Assembly: GCA_021613535.1 (NCBI GenBank)
Contig: CP075494.1
Span: forward strand, 13,640,001-13,704,000
Length of the DNA stretch: 64,000 bases
From: Adineta vaga
Lineage: Eukaryota > Animalia > Rotifera
Direction of reading: 5' to 3'
Both the position numbers and the translations under genes were made by a program. Positions within the stretch are counted from its first letter, which is position 1. Each line of letters begins with the position of its first letter. Shown here in pieces: positions 27,150 through 41,600 of this stretch. Under the pieces are notes generated by a model. It saw only the letters and a program-made list of their open reading frames with translations. It did no database searches and had not been told where the DNA came from.

Positions 27150-28827
27150 ATGGTGACAAGCAACGATAGTAATACAACAATCCCATTGATTGAATGGTAT
27201 CCTGGTTTACAATTAATAGCATGTGTATTCTATAGTCTTATTCTTCTTGTTGGCGTAACTGGTAATATTTTAGTGATTGTTATTGTGATGAAATATCAAA
27301 ATATGCGCAATGCAACAAATTATCTTTTAACCAATTTATCGGTTGCTGATCTATGTGTTTTATTATTTTGTACAGCGGATGGTTACCAACATTTATATGG
27401 AAAAGATAAACATCGACTAGGAACTTTTATGTGTATGAAATTTAAGATAAATCATATTTCTTAAAGAGAATAATTCATTTCAATTGTATTTTTAGGTAGA
27501 TTTAGTCCATTTGTACAAAATGCAACGGCAACTTGTTCAGTTTTGACCATTATGGCGATTAGTTATGAACGATATATTGCAATTTGTCAACCATTTAAAG
27601 TAAATAAATAGTTTGGAAGAATTATTTTGAATGAAATTACAAAAACACGTTCGTTTAGACAAATTCTCTTCGTTTAACGGTATTTCACACACTACCAACA
27701 GTTATTATTTTTTGGATTATATCTTGTTCTATATCAATACCTTTCTTCATATTTACGAACACATATATTGTTCAATCAACTTATCATGAATTTATTACAA
27801 TTTGTAAGACAAAAAAAAGAGAGAAGAAATCATATATAAGTTCGTTTCTGTTCGATAGGTTTAACACAATTCTATTCGAAATGGTCTACTTGGTATCTTA
27901 TACCGTGTACAGTAATAATTTATATTATTATCTCAATCATGCTTGTCTATTGGTACTATTCCATTTGTTCGGTATTATTCAATCGAGAAGCTCTTCTACG
28001 TGATAATACGATTGTTACACGTTATCGACGACAAGTTGCCCAATTACTCATTACATTAATTATTTCATTTTTCGTTTTGATTTTACCATATAAAATATGG
28101 GCTATTATTCAACCTCAATTAAGTATAGAACAATTTCATCAATTAGGATTTCGTCGACATTCATTAATTATTATTATTACACGTGCATTACTTTATTTAA
28201 ATTCAGCAGTAAGTTTTCCCTATAAATCTCGATAAAGTACAACAATAGATTATTCATTGAACTGGATCGAAGTACCTAGGAAAAAAACTTCTAATTATTT
28301 TCTTCGAAATGTCAAAGTATCCAAATTATAGATGTTTATTTGTTTCCGTTTTATGAATCATAATGATAATGTTTATATAACTAGTTCAGTTTTAGACAGT
28401 CATACGAATGAATATAATTTTTTTACACTTTCGAACATTTAGTCAAGATGAATCATCTAATCTGTGAAATCATTATTGATATTTTGTTTTATTTTATTTT
28501 ATTTAGATCAATCCTTTATTATATTCCATAATGTCAACAAAGTTTCGTCAAAGTTTTGTTCGTCTTTGTGGTAGTTACTGGCCAAATACAAAAAATCGAA
28601 ATTCATCTGTTGTTCTCTATTGTAAAGAATATCCTAAACGTATATCATCTATCAATGGTCAACCAAATGGTTTCGGTGGCGTAACATCAAGTATAGGTCG
28701 ATTATCTTATCAACAAGGAAATCCTCAGTATTTACAAGAAAAAGAAAAAAAATTTCTACTGGTTGACAATACACCAACACCGGCTACTTCAACAGCAGGT
28801 GAAACATCAAAATATATTTTTCCGTAA
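27150..28827 (+). CDS. Rhodopsin-family neuropeptide GPCR (TRH/ETH/ghrelin-receptor-like), 5 exons
   Basis: TM1 GVTGN; MRNATNYLLTNLSVADL; ISYERYIAICQP; TM6 FFVLILPY; TM7 YLNSA|INPLLYSIMSTKFR. Confidence 0.88.
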
Positions 28828-29619
28828 TGAATTTTATTGATGTTGCTAACTATATCCCGTGAAAATCATATCTATTTGTCTCGATATGTATATTTTTTGA
28901 AAATAAAAAATCATTACAAAAAATCAATATACATTGTCAGAAGACGGCAAGTTGCTTGCAGCTATTCAAATATGTAGCTGAGAGGAAACAAAATGTCGTC
29001 GAGGCCTTCTTTTTCTTTTATCTTCAATATGAAAAGTACTTTTTCTCTTCTTTTCTCCTTACGTTTATTACGCAGTCACAGTTTCCAAGGAGAATGTCTT
29101 TGAATATCACTTCTTTCTATTTAACAAGTTTACTATGCACTTAGACCGATTCATAATATCATAAATACCTTGTATGAAAACTAGAAATAAATAAACACAT
29201 TATCAATCTATCGATTCGAACAACACAAGAAGATTTTCATAAACTGCTCTCTATCTTTTCACCAAATATTTCTATAATCTAAATGATTATCAGTGGCATC
29301 TACTGATATAATTCATCTCAAATATGAAACTCTTCAAAAAAAAGAAGAATCTTATTAAATTTTTTTTTTCTCATTTAAAATAATCAAGCTAATTACCCAA
29401 TCACATTTGCATATCAATTAACTAATTACTGTTGTCATAGTATTTAAAACAATAATGCTATAACTGAGAGCAATGTAAATTATCTTATCTCGAGAGTCCA
29501 TATATATATATATTACCTTTTCGATTTTCAGATTACAGATCAATAAAGAAAAAGCCGTTCTATTTACTTTAAGAACAGTTCTTTTTTTCTCTACTTACTT
29601 TATCAATATACTTATTCTT

Positions 29620-32600
29620 ATGGCATCATCATTATCATCGAAAACTCGTCATTTACAACATCCATCCTCCGCAACAACAAGTCGTCTTCGAGTTAATACC
29701 ATTAGTCGAGAGAATATTAATGATATGCAGGTGATTACTTATACGTCTCGCTCTCTCGACAAAAGAGAACTATCGATAGAGAGAGAGAGAGAGAGAAAAA
29801 TTTAATCGATGTTCTCCTCGAGAAGAGAAAGAAAGAGAAACATTTTTGTGTACATAAGAAAAATCTTCAGAATTGACATTCATCAATTGATATCGATCAA
29901 TGAATAGAAACCTAAATGAACAAGCTATTACGGAGAAAAAGAATGAGCATGTGATCGATCAATCAAAAAAGAAAAATAGTCTCTTTTAATATCTGAAAAC
30001 GACTAATGAAATACGTCTTTTCTTTTTATTCTAAAATAGTTCAGATTTTCACGTCGGTTCACATGACAAGATTCTTTATGTTAATTTTTTTGATGTGATA
30101 AGACATGTTAATATGACAAAGATAGTAACTATAACAACGATAACAATGTTCTGTTTTATTTCTATATGAAAAAGAGTTACTCAGAATACAATCAGTTAAG
30201 ATGTTTTCACGTTTGAGACAAAATATCTCGGCTGTTGAATATGCAGTAGGTTATTTCTTTTGGAAAATAGAAATTTTATTTAAGATTTTCATTCTTTTTA
30301 TCAATAGCAACGTCTTCGAGAAGAGCGTGAACAAAAACGAGCTCATCTCGATGAACGAAATCGTTATTTTTTTGATCTTATTGCAACAAGACTCGATGTT
30401 GATCGAAATGAAATCGAAGATAATATTCTCGAAAGTCCCAATGTAAGTATACATTCATTGTTTTTTGTAACAAACGACATTTCATTATTTAGTTTAATCT
30501 TATGGATCAATTCTTTGCTGAAAATGGTAATCAATACCTTGTCTTTTTCTATCAAGAACCCGATACTGAAAGTCATCAAAGTGGATGTAAGATTTTAACT
30601 ACATCTTTCTTCTTCATTTGATTATCTTTCTAGCTGATGTATATCGTCAACGTTATTCTATACATTCGAGTCATTCAGGCGCAAGTAGTACAAAACCATC
30701 GAAACCTAAAGTGACCATTGCTGATTTGAATGAACAAAGTTTACAAGGCATATGTTTTTGTTTTCTTCGAAATTCAAAAACTATGAACATTACAGAACAA
30801 AATATTGCAAATGTAAGATTGTTTTGTCTTTTCCTATGAACATATTATCAGTTGATGTTTGTATGTTTTTAGGAAGTTCTTTTTCATACACTCGAATGTC
30901 AAACGGAACCGATTCTTCAAGCATTAAGTCGTTCGATATCGGATGTTTATTTACCATATTTTCAAGCATCGGAAACAAGTTGGGGTTCGGACAAGAATCA
31001 AATGATTAAGATTGATTTTCTTAGTCGATTAAGTAATTTTATTGATACATTAAATAGTGCACAAGAAAGTATTAATGAACGAATTTTATTTAAACCATGT
31101 GATCGAATTGATTTAACACAACTTCAAAGTCCAGTTGATTATGCGACGATTGCATCGAATCCGGAAAGTTTAGCATTGATTGAAGAAACAATGAAAACAT
31201 GGATTCGACAGATGGAACAAGTAAAACGAAAGAAAAAGAAATGTTTCGTGATAATAACGTTGATATTTTCTTTCTCTTGAAATTAAGGTTTTAGCAGAAA
31301 GTGAACAAATTCGTCGTGAAGCAGATAATATTGGTCCACGAGCTGAATTGGATTATTGGAAACGACGAATGACAAAATTTAACTTTTTACTTGATCAAAT
31401 TAAATCACCAAATGTTCGAGGTGTTTTAACAATCTTACAAACAGCAAAATCAAAACTTATTCAAGTAAATCACATAATTTGTTTTCTTTTTCTCTTTTCA
31501 AGATAATTCTTTTCTTTTGTCAACTAGCAATGGAAAGCTTTGGACATCAAAATTACTGATGCTGCTAATGAAGCGAAAGATAACGTTCGTTATTTATATA
31601 CATTAGAAAAATTCTGTGAACCACTATATAATTCTGATCCAGTATCAATGTTAGAATGTATTCCAGGTTTAATCAATGCTGTACGAATGATTCATTCCAT
31701 TTCAAGATATTACAATACATCTGAAAGAATGACATCGTTATTTATTAAAGTATATCGATTGTCCAACTCGTACCTTTAATATCTATTCGTTTGTTGTTTC
31801 TTTTAGATTACAAATCAAATGATTACGACATCGAAACTTTATATCACAAATAATTACACTCAAACAATCTGGTCACAACCGCAAGCACAAGTGATATCGA
31901 AATTACGTGATTGTATCAAATTAAATGAAGAATATCAACGATTTTTTCAATTAACAAAAGCAAAATTAGCATCAACACCAAATGAACGTCCATTTGATTT
32001 TAGTGAGATGTATATTTTTGGTAAATTCGATTCATTTGTTCGACGATGTGAAAAAATTATCAATATATTTGCAACGATAAATATGTATTCATGTTTAGCA
32101 GAATCGAAAATCGAAGGTATATCAGCTTTTCATACAAAATTCAATTCCATCGTTTCGACAATGAAACGAAAAGATTATGATTTTCTTGATCAACGTAAAC
32201 AGGATGTTGATAATGATATTGATGATTTTCGTCGTTCAATAATCGATCTTCATCAAAATCTCAATGATTTTCTTGATAAAAATTTCAATTCAATCAAAAG
32301 TATTGAACGTGCATTGACAACATTGAAACGTTTTGAAAAATTACAATTACCAAATATTGGTTTAAATGAGAAATATGCAAAAATTTTACTACAATATTCC
32401 AAAGATCTTGATTTAGTCGCGAAAATCTATCAGAAAAATTCCAAAGAACCATCCATTCCAAGAGATCTACCACCAACAGCTGGTATAAAACTTCCTTTTG
32501 TTCCGTTATTCTTGTCTATATTTCTTCATTTTTAGGTCGAATTGTTTGGGCACGACAATTATATAAACGTATTCATCAACCTATGGAAATCTTTTCGGAA

Positions 32601-35600
32601 AATCAAACTATTCTTCAATATCCTGAAGCAAAGAAAATCATTAAGAATTATAATCAGTTATCAAAAGTTCTTCTCTCATATGAACTTTTATATCATCGTG
32701 CATGGCTTCGTCAAGTTGATGTCGTATCTACAGGTGTTCATTCAAGTATTTTAGTACGAATTAATCGTGAAGATATACTGTCTGCGAGTGCTTCAATGAA
32801 TACACCATCATCATCAATTGTAACATCAACATCTCAAACAAATCCGGAATATTTTGTGAATTTCGATCCAAATATTTTAGAATTAATACGTGAAACTCAA
32901 TGTTTAGCACGTTTAGGTTTAGAAATTCCGAAAGAAGCTATTCTTCTCGCACAACGTGAAGATGTTCTGAAGAAGTATTATCAAAATTTAATACAATTAG
33001 TTGAAAAAAATAAACAATTACGAGAGAAAGTCAAACAACCATTTGAAGCACTGTTAGCTCCGAAAATTCATCGATTAAATGATATTATTAAACCTGGTCT
33101 TACATCAATTACATGGACATCATTAAACATCGATGATTTCGTCATGACCGTTCGTTGAAATTCATCATTTTGTTCTTTTGTTTTTTTTTGAATATTGTTT
33201 CTTGTGTAGGTCAATTCTGCATTAGACGAATTTGATTTAATGTTAGAACGAATGAATAATTTAGTTACTTATCGAATCGATGCATTACTTCATGAAATTA
33301 GTACCGTATCTCTTTGTAATATACCTGATGAAGAACCTATAACACCTGAAAAATTCTTGAAAGATACTCAAGTAAGATTCGAAAAAATTGTGATTCTTTG
33401 ATTTTTTGTTTTATTCGAAATAGAAATTATGTGATCTTGCCGCAAAAGAAATTCAAATCAAATCTCATAATATTGAAGATGCCGTTTTCGAAGTTATTGA
33501 TCTTTTATGTGGTGATATTGCACTGGGTGATACAGATGGTGATTTACAAATTCAATATTCAAGTGTTGGTTTAGGTCTAGATAATGAAGAATCAGATGGT
33601 ATGAAAATAAATTTGTAAGGGAATTTTTATGAATGATGAAAGTGTATTTTAGATGAAGCAAATGCTGTACATGATCATCATTCAAGAAGATCAACACGAT
33701 TGACAACAATAAATGCAACTCGACAAGCATCATCGATTTCATCGTCGAGTGGACAGAAGAAATCTGCAGTCATTTTACGAGCATCATCTCAACGGAAGCG
33801 AGAACAACAAATCGAAAATTTACCAAATGCTATTGCAGATTTACTCAATCATTTTAGTCATCGAAATCTCGATGCTATTATACGTGTTATTCGAATAACT
33901 TTAGAAAAAATAAAGAAAAGAATTACATCAACACTTGATTATGGTAGGAGAAAGAAAATCTTTTATACGAAGTCTACTATGAAATTTTCGTAGGTCAAAA
34001 TCGTCCAGAACCTCCGTTATTCAAAGTTTTTGCTGAATTAACCATACCAAATGTAACAATACATCCTCCTGCTGATGAAGTACAAGTGTATGTCAACAGA
34101 GTTGTACAAACAATTATTTCGGTATCGAAAAATGTCTCTCAATGGAATAAAGAAAAACCAAAAGTAATTCAAAATTTCATATTGAACGACTAAAACTTCT
34201 CATTCTTGTTCTTTAGAAAAAACGTAGCAATAACAAAAAATCTACAGTCAATAATTCCGAGGAAAACAATGAACGTTTTCCTACCAATCGCGATGATGAA
34301 CTGAATCCACCGATCATTGCCAATAATCCAGATTCAATCGACAATATTCTTCCCCGATCACGAGTTAATACTGTCGATGATCAACAACAAGCACCTCGAG
34401 TTCAATTTACAACAACAAATAACTTCTATAAAAACGTAACTGACAACAAAGATATTGCAAAACTCATCGCTCAATTAGCAACATGTATCAATTCTACGAA
34501 AAAAGTACTATTTCAAATCTATCTTTTCATTTTCTATTCTTTCTCTTCTAAAGGAAATCATAACAGCATTGGAAATCTTTTTGCAATATAACTCTCTGTG
34601 GCTACGAGATCATGATGATGAATTACGACAATTTCTTGCTAACGATCCACATGTATCGGAATTTGAAAGTGAAATAAAATTTTATGAAAATCTTTCGACA
34701 AATATTAATTCACAACCGGAATATCTATCTGTTGGACCATTAGCAATCTTTACTGGTAGACTTGAAGATTTACATCTTGAGAACGATTTTCTTAATTTTT
34801 CTTTCTTTAGAGCATTTAAAATTTGCACTAAATCAAGAAGTTCGAGAATGGGTTGTTCTCTATGGTCAAGCATGCAATGTTAAATATCGAAAAGAAATGA
34901 ATCAAGTGTTAACTTTTATTGAAGATATTGAAAAACGATTATCACGTGAAATCAAAGATTTAGAAGATATTCGTTTAGTAATGATTGCTGTAAAAGATTT
35001 ACGAGAAAATGAAATTCGTATCGATATGAATATCACACCAATTGAAGAATCATATGCTATGTTACAAGTTCACGATGTGAAAATTTCTCGAGAAGAAGTA
35101 GAACGATCAGAAACACTTCGATATCGTTGGGGAAGATTACAAAGTCGTTGTGTAAGATGAAATTTCTATCTCAAAACTTCTTTGTTCATGTTAATGTTTT
35201 TCTTTCAGGCAAATATGACATCTTATTTACTGGATATTCAACCAAAATATCGTTCAGAATTATTGAAAAATGTGAAATTATTTCACGAAGAATGTGCACA
35301 ATTCTATAATGATTATGAACAACGTGGACCAACACAACCTGGTTTAAGTCCACGTGAATCAAGTGATCGACAAATTCTATTTCAAAGTCGAGTAGAAAAT
35401 TTATATAAAAAATATGAAACTTATCATGGTGGTGAACAATTATTTGCATTACCAGTGACAGAATATCCACATTTGGAAAAAATTCGAAAAGATCTTAGTT
35501 TATTACAACGTCTCTATGGTTTATACAATCGTGTATTAGATACTGTTGCTGGATATTTCGATATTGCATGGACTGAAGTGAATATTGATCGAATTAATCA

Positions 35601-38600
35601 AGAATTATCAGAATTTCAAACAGCTTGTAGAAAATTACCGAAAGGTTTAAGAGAATTTCCTGCCTTTCATGCATTGAAGAAAACAATTGATGATTTTAGT
35701 GAATGTGAGATGTTTATTTGAAGGAACTTTCGTTTTTTTTTATGTTTGATTTCTTTCAGGTTGTCCATTATTAGAAATGATGTCAAATCGTGCCATGCAA
35801 CATCGACATTGGCAACGAATAGTAGAAGTAACCGGTGTAGGAAATCTTGATATTGAAGCAGAAGATTTACGATTACGTAATATAATGGATTTACCATTAT
35901 TAAAATTTAAAGAAGATATCGAAGATATTTGTATTGCTGCTGTGAAAGAACGAGACATTGAAGCGAAACTACGACAAGTTGAATATGATTGGAGAACGCA
36001 AGAATTTCATTTTGCTCAATTTAAATCTCGAGGTGAATTATTATTGAAAGGCGATCGAATTCAAGAAGTGATTAGTTTATTAGAAGATTCATTAATGTTA
36101 TTAGGTTCATTAATGTCTAATAGGTTTGTTCTTTGATTTCTGTGAATTGTAATTGATAATTCGTCTATTCGTAGATATAATGTTCCATTTCGAAAACAAA
36201 TTCAAAAATGGGTCAAAGATCTAACTGATACTAATGAAATTATTGAAAATTGGTTGCGTGTACAAAATTTATGGGTTTACCTTGAAGCTGTTTTTGTTGG
36301 TGGAGATATTGCGAAACAATTACCACAAGAAGCGAAACGTTTTTCATCGATTGATAAATCTTGGCTTAAAATCATGTCCAAAGCACATGAACAACCAACT
36401 GTTGTTCAATGTTGTGCAAGTGATGAAGCATTAAAACAATTATTACCACATCTACTTGAACAACTGGAATTATGTCAAAAATCATTGACGGGCTATTTAG
36501 AACGAAAACGTTTACTTTTCCCACGATTCTTCTTTGTTTCTGATCCTGCTTTACTAGAAATCTTGGGACAAGCAAGTGATCCACATACAATCAAAGCACA
36601 TTTATCAAGTGTTTTTGATAATATTAAAACTGTACGTTTTCATGAGAAAGAATATGATAAAATTCTTACGATTGAATCATCGGAAGGTGAAACAATTGAT
36701 GTAAGTGACATTGATTTATCTTCTTTTTTTTATCATAAAAAAATGTGTTTTCTAGCTGGAAAAACCTATTAAAGCTGAAGGTAATGTCGAAATTTGGTTA
36801 ATGTCTCTTTTAAAAGAATCTCAACGATCATTACATGGTGTAATTCGTCAAGCTTATCATGCTTTAGCTGATATATCATCATTAAATTTCATTGAATTTC
36901 TCAATAGTTTTCCAGCACAAGTTGGTCTACTTGGTCTTCAATTGATTTGGACACGCGAAGCAACTTATGCATTACGAAATGCAAAATTAGATCGAAATGT
37001 TATGCGAGTAACTGCGAAAACATTTAGTGATCTTTTAGATTTGTTAATTGATCAAACAACACGAGATTTAACACATGTCGAACGGACGAAATTCGAAACA
37101 TTGATTACAATTCATGTACACCAAAAGGATATATTTGATGAACTTCTTCAAACAAATATTCGTTCTGCAACAGATTTTGATTGGCTTAAACAAACACGAT
37201 TTTATTTCAATGAAGAATTAGATAAAGTACAAATATCAATAACAGATGTCGATTTTTATTATATGAATGAATTTCTTGGTTGTAATGAACGTTTAGTTAT
37301 TACACCATTAACTGATCGATGTTATATTACATTAGCACAAGCTTTACATATGAGTATGGGTGGAGCTCCTGCTGGACCAGCTGGAACAGGTAAACAATTA
37401 TTTATTACATACTTTTTCGAAGGATTCTTATTATTTTTTTTCTCTTAGGAAAAACTGAAACTGTTAAAGATATGGGTCGATGTCTTGGCAAATATGTTGT
37501 CGTAAGTTCAATACGATGTGAAGCTTGTTTGATTATCTGTATATATTTAACGTTAGGTATTCAATTGTTCAGATCAAATGGATTTTCGTGGTTTAGGTCG
37601 TATATTTAAAGGTTTAGCACAATCTGGTTCATTTGGTTGTTTTGATGAATTTAATCGTATTGATTTACCTGTTCTTTCTGTTGCTGCTCAACAGATTGCT
37701 ATTGTACTTGCTTGTAAGAAAGAAAAGAAACGTCAATTTACTTTTACTGATGGTGATATCGTTGAAATGAACATGGGCTTTGGAATCTTTTTAACTATGA
37801 ATCCTGGTTATGCCGGACGACAAGAATTACCGGAAAATTTGAAAATTAATTTTCGGTCTGTTGCAATGATGGTACCAGATCGTTTACCAATCATTCGAGT
37901 AAAAATGGCTGCCTGTGGTTTTCGAGAGAATGTATCTCTTTCGAAAAAATTCTACACACTCTACAAACTCTGTGAAGAACAATTGAGTAAACAAGTAATG
38001 ATTGATAATGATGGTTTACCTATGAGATCAATAACGATAACATATCTTTTAGGTTCATTATGATTTTGGTTTACGAAATATTTTATCGGTCCTACGAACA
38101 CTTGGAGCTGTTAAACGTGCAAGTAAAGATGATTCGGAGAAGACTATCGTCATGCGAGTACTTCGAGATATGAATTTATCGAAATTAGTAAGAAGACACT
38201 CTCTCCTATCGATACGATACTGAAGAGTTTGTTAAAATACGTTTTTCTCTCTAGGTCGATGAAGATGAACCGTTATTTATATCTTTAATAAATGATCTAT
38301 TTCCAAATATCAAATTAGACAAAGAAAATTACATTGAATTAGAAGCAGCTATTGATAAAGAAACTCAATTAGCTGGACTTATCTGTCATCCACCATGGAT
38401 ATTAAAATTAATTCAAGTAAATTCTTTTTCTTGATCTTGGTTTGTTCAAAATATTATTCTTACTTTGTTATTTAGTTATATGAAACTCAACGTGTTCGTC
38501 ATGGTATGATGACATTAGGACCATCAGGTGTTGGTAAAACCTGTTGTATTCATACATTGATGAAATCATTGACTATTTGTGGTGAACCACATCGTGAAAT

Positions 38601-41600
38601 GCGTATGAATCCAAAATCTATTACTGCACCACAAATGTTTGGTCGATTAGATTCAGCCACAAATGATTGGACCGATGGAATCTTTTCGACATTATGGAGA
38701 CGAACATTACGAATGAAAAAAAGTGAATATGTTTGGTTAGTTTTAGATGGTCCAGTTGATGCAATATGGATTGAAAATTTAAATTCAGTCTTAGATGATA
38801 ATAAAACATTAACATTAGCAAATGGTGATCGAATACATATGGCATCAAATTGTAAAATAATTTTTGAAGTACACAACATTGATAATGCATCACCGGCTAC
38901 TGTTAGTAGAAACGGAATGGTCTATATGAGTAGTTCTGGTTTAGATTGGCGACCATTGATTCAGGTATTACTATGAACGATAGAAATTCTTTTTGAAATT
39001 GACTTTCTTTCAAATAGGGTTGGATTAAACGTGAACGATCCATAAATGATGGTGAAATTTTAATGCGTTTATTTGAATCATCATTTCCATTCATTTATCG
39101 ATACTTTGCACTTCATCTCAAATCAAAACTGTCCGTTCTAGAATGCATGATCGTCACTCAAGTAAAATCATCACTTTCTTCAATCATTCTTTCTTTAAAA
39201 TTATCGTTTAGGCATGTAAATTATTAAATGGTCTATTACCATCAAAAGAAGCAAAAGATCAATTGAATGCAAAACATATTGAACGTCTCTATGTCTTTGC
39301 TATTATGTGGTCACTTGGTGCGTTTCTTGAATTAGACGATCGAGCACATCTACAAGAATATCTTGCGAATAATACTGATGGTAATTTTCGATTGGATTTA
39401 CCTATCATACCAGCTGAAAGTGAAGATACAATATTTGACTACTTTGTTCATGAAAAAACAGGTGCATGGAATCATTGGAATACTGTTGTAACTGAATATA
39501 ATTATCCAAAAGATCATGATCCAGAATATGCATCAATTCTTGTTCCTAATGTTGACAATGTTCGAACAGATTTTCTCATTCATACAATTGCAAAACAACA
39601 TAAAGTAATATTAAATAACGAATTGTTGAAAAACGAATAAAGATCGATTTATTTTTAGCCTGTTCTTCTCATTGGTGAACAAGGTACAGCGAAAACGGTC
39701 ATCATGCAATCATATATGACACGATATAATTCTGAACAACATTCACAAAAGAAAGTCAACTTTTCATCAGCAACAACACCAAATATGGTACAGAGAATTA
39801 TTGAATCATATGTTGATAAACGTGTTGGAACAACCTATGGTCCACCAGCAGGAAAGAAAATGACAATATTTATTGATGATAGTAAATAATCATGAAAAAT
39901 CCATGTTTGAAAAGAGATAATTTTGAATATTCTTTTTAGTTAATATGCCAACAGTTAATGAATGGGGTGATCAAGTAACGAATGAAATTGTTCGTCAATT
40001 AATGGAACAAAATGGTTTCTATTCATTGGAAAAACCAGGTGAATTTACGACCATCGTTGATATACAATTTCTTGCTGCAATGATTCATCCAGGTGGCGGT
40101 CGAAATGATATTCCACAACGTTTGAAACGACAATTTTGTATTTTTAATTGTACATTACCATCCAATGGTTCGATCGATAAGATCTTCTCTGTAATTGCTT
40201 CTGGACATTATGTAAGAGAACGTGGATTTAATGATGAAGTACGTTCATTCGTAGAAAAACTTGTTCCAACAACACGACGTTTATGGCAACTAACAAAAAA
40301 TAAGATGTTACCAACACCTGCAAAATTTCATTATGTTTTTAATCTCCGAGATCTTTCACGTATATGGCAAGGAATGATTAATACTATTCCACAAGTGATA
40401 ATAAATGAAAAAGTTCTATTAGCATTGTGGAAACATGAATGTACACGAGTTATTTGTGATCGGTATGTTGAAATGAGAAAACAGTCTGTTTTAGATAGAT
40501 ATATCATTTGAATTTTGTAGATTTACTGAAGCAGATGATTATCGTTGGTTTTCAAAAATACTCGAACGTGTCGCAGAAGAAGAATTAGGATCGAAATATC
40601 AATCTATGATAAAACAAGATGATTGGTTTGTTGATTTCCTAAGGTATGATTTTTCCAAATTGAAATTTTCGTACGATTTATTCTTTCTATTTTGTATAGA
40701 GATGCTCCAGAACCAACAGGTGATGAACGTGAGGATGCTGATTTTGATGCTCCGAAAATTTATGAACCAATACCTTCTTTCGATGTTCTTCAAGAACGTT
40801 TGAAAATGTATTTAACTCAATATAATGAAAGTATTCGTGGTTCTGGAATGGATTTAGTTTTCTTTAAAGATGCAATGAAACATTTAATCAAAATTTCTCG
40901 TATTATTCGAACACCACGTGGTAATGCTCTTTTAGTTGGTGTAGGTGGTAGTGGTAAACAATCATTAACGAAATTAGCATCATTCATTGCTGGTTATAAG
41001 ACATTTCAAATAACATTAACACGAGCATATAATATCAATAATCTCTTAGAAGATTTGAAAACACTTTATCGTACTGCGGGAAAAGAAGGCAAAGGAATTA
41101 CATTTATTTTCTCAGATCAAGATGTAAAAGATGAATCGTTTCTTGAATATATTAATAATGTTCTTTCATCGGGAGTGGTAAGATTTTTGAAATATGTTTC
41201 ATTGATTTAATAGGAGTGATTGTTTAGGTACCTGGAATGTTTGCACGAGATGAAATAGATGAAATTTGTCAAGAATTAGTACCAATTATGAAGAAACAAT
41301 ATCCAAGAAAACCAGCAACAAATGAAAATCTTTATGATTATTTTCTTTCTCGTGTTCGACAAAATCTTCATATTGTTTTATGTTTTTCACCAGTGGGTGA
41401 AAAATTTCGTAAACGAGGTAACGAGATCTTTCAAAACTATCTATATTCCATTGATTTATTATGAGTTTAGGTCTACAATTTCCTGGTCTTGTTGCTAATT
41501 GTACAATCGATTGGTTTCTTCGTTGGCCACGTGATGCACTTGTTGCTGTTGCTGATCATTTTCTTTCATCATTTAATATTTCCTGTACAGATGCAATTAA

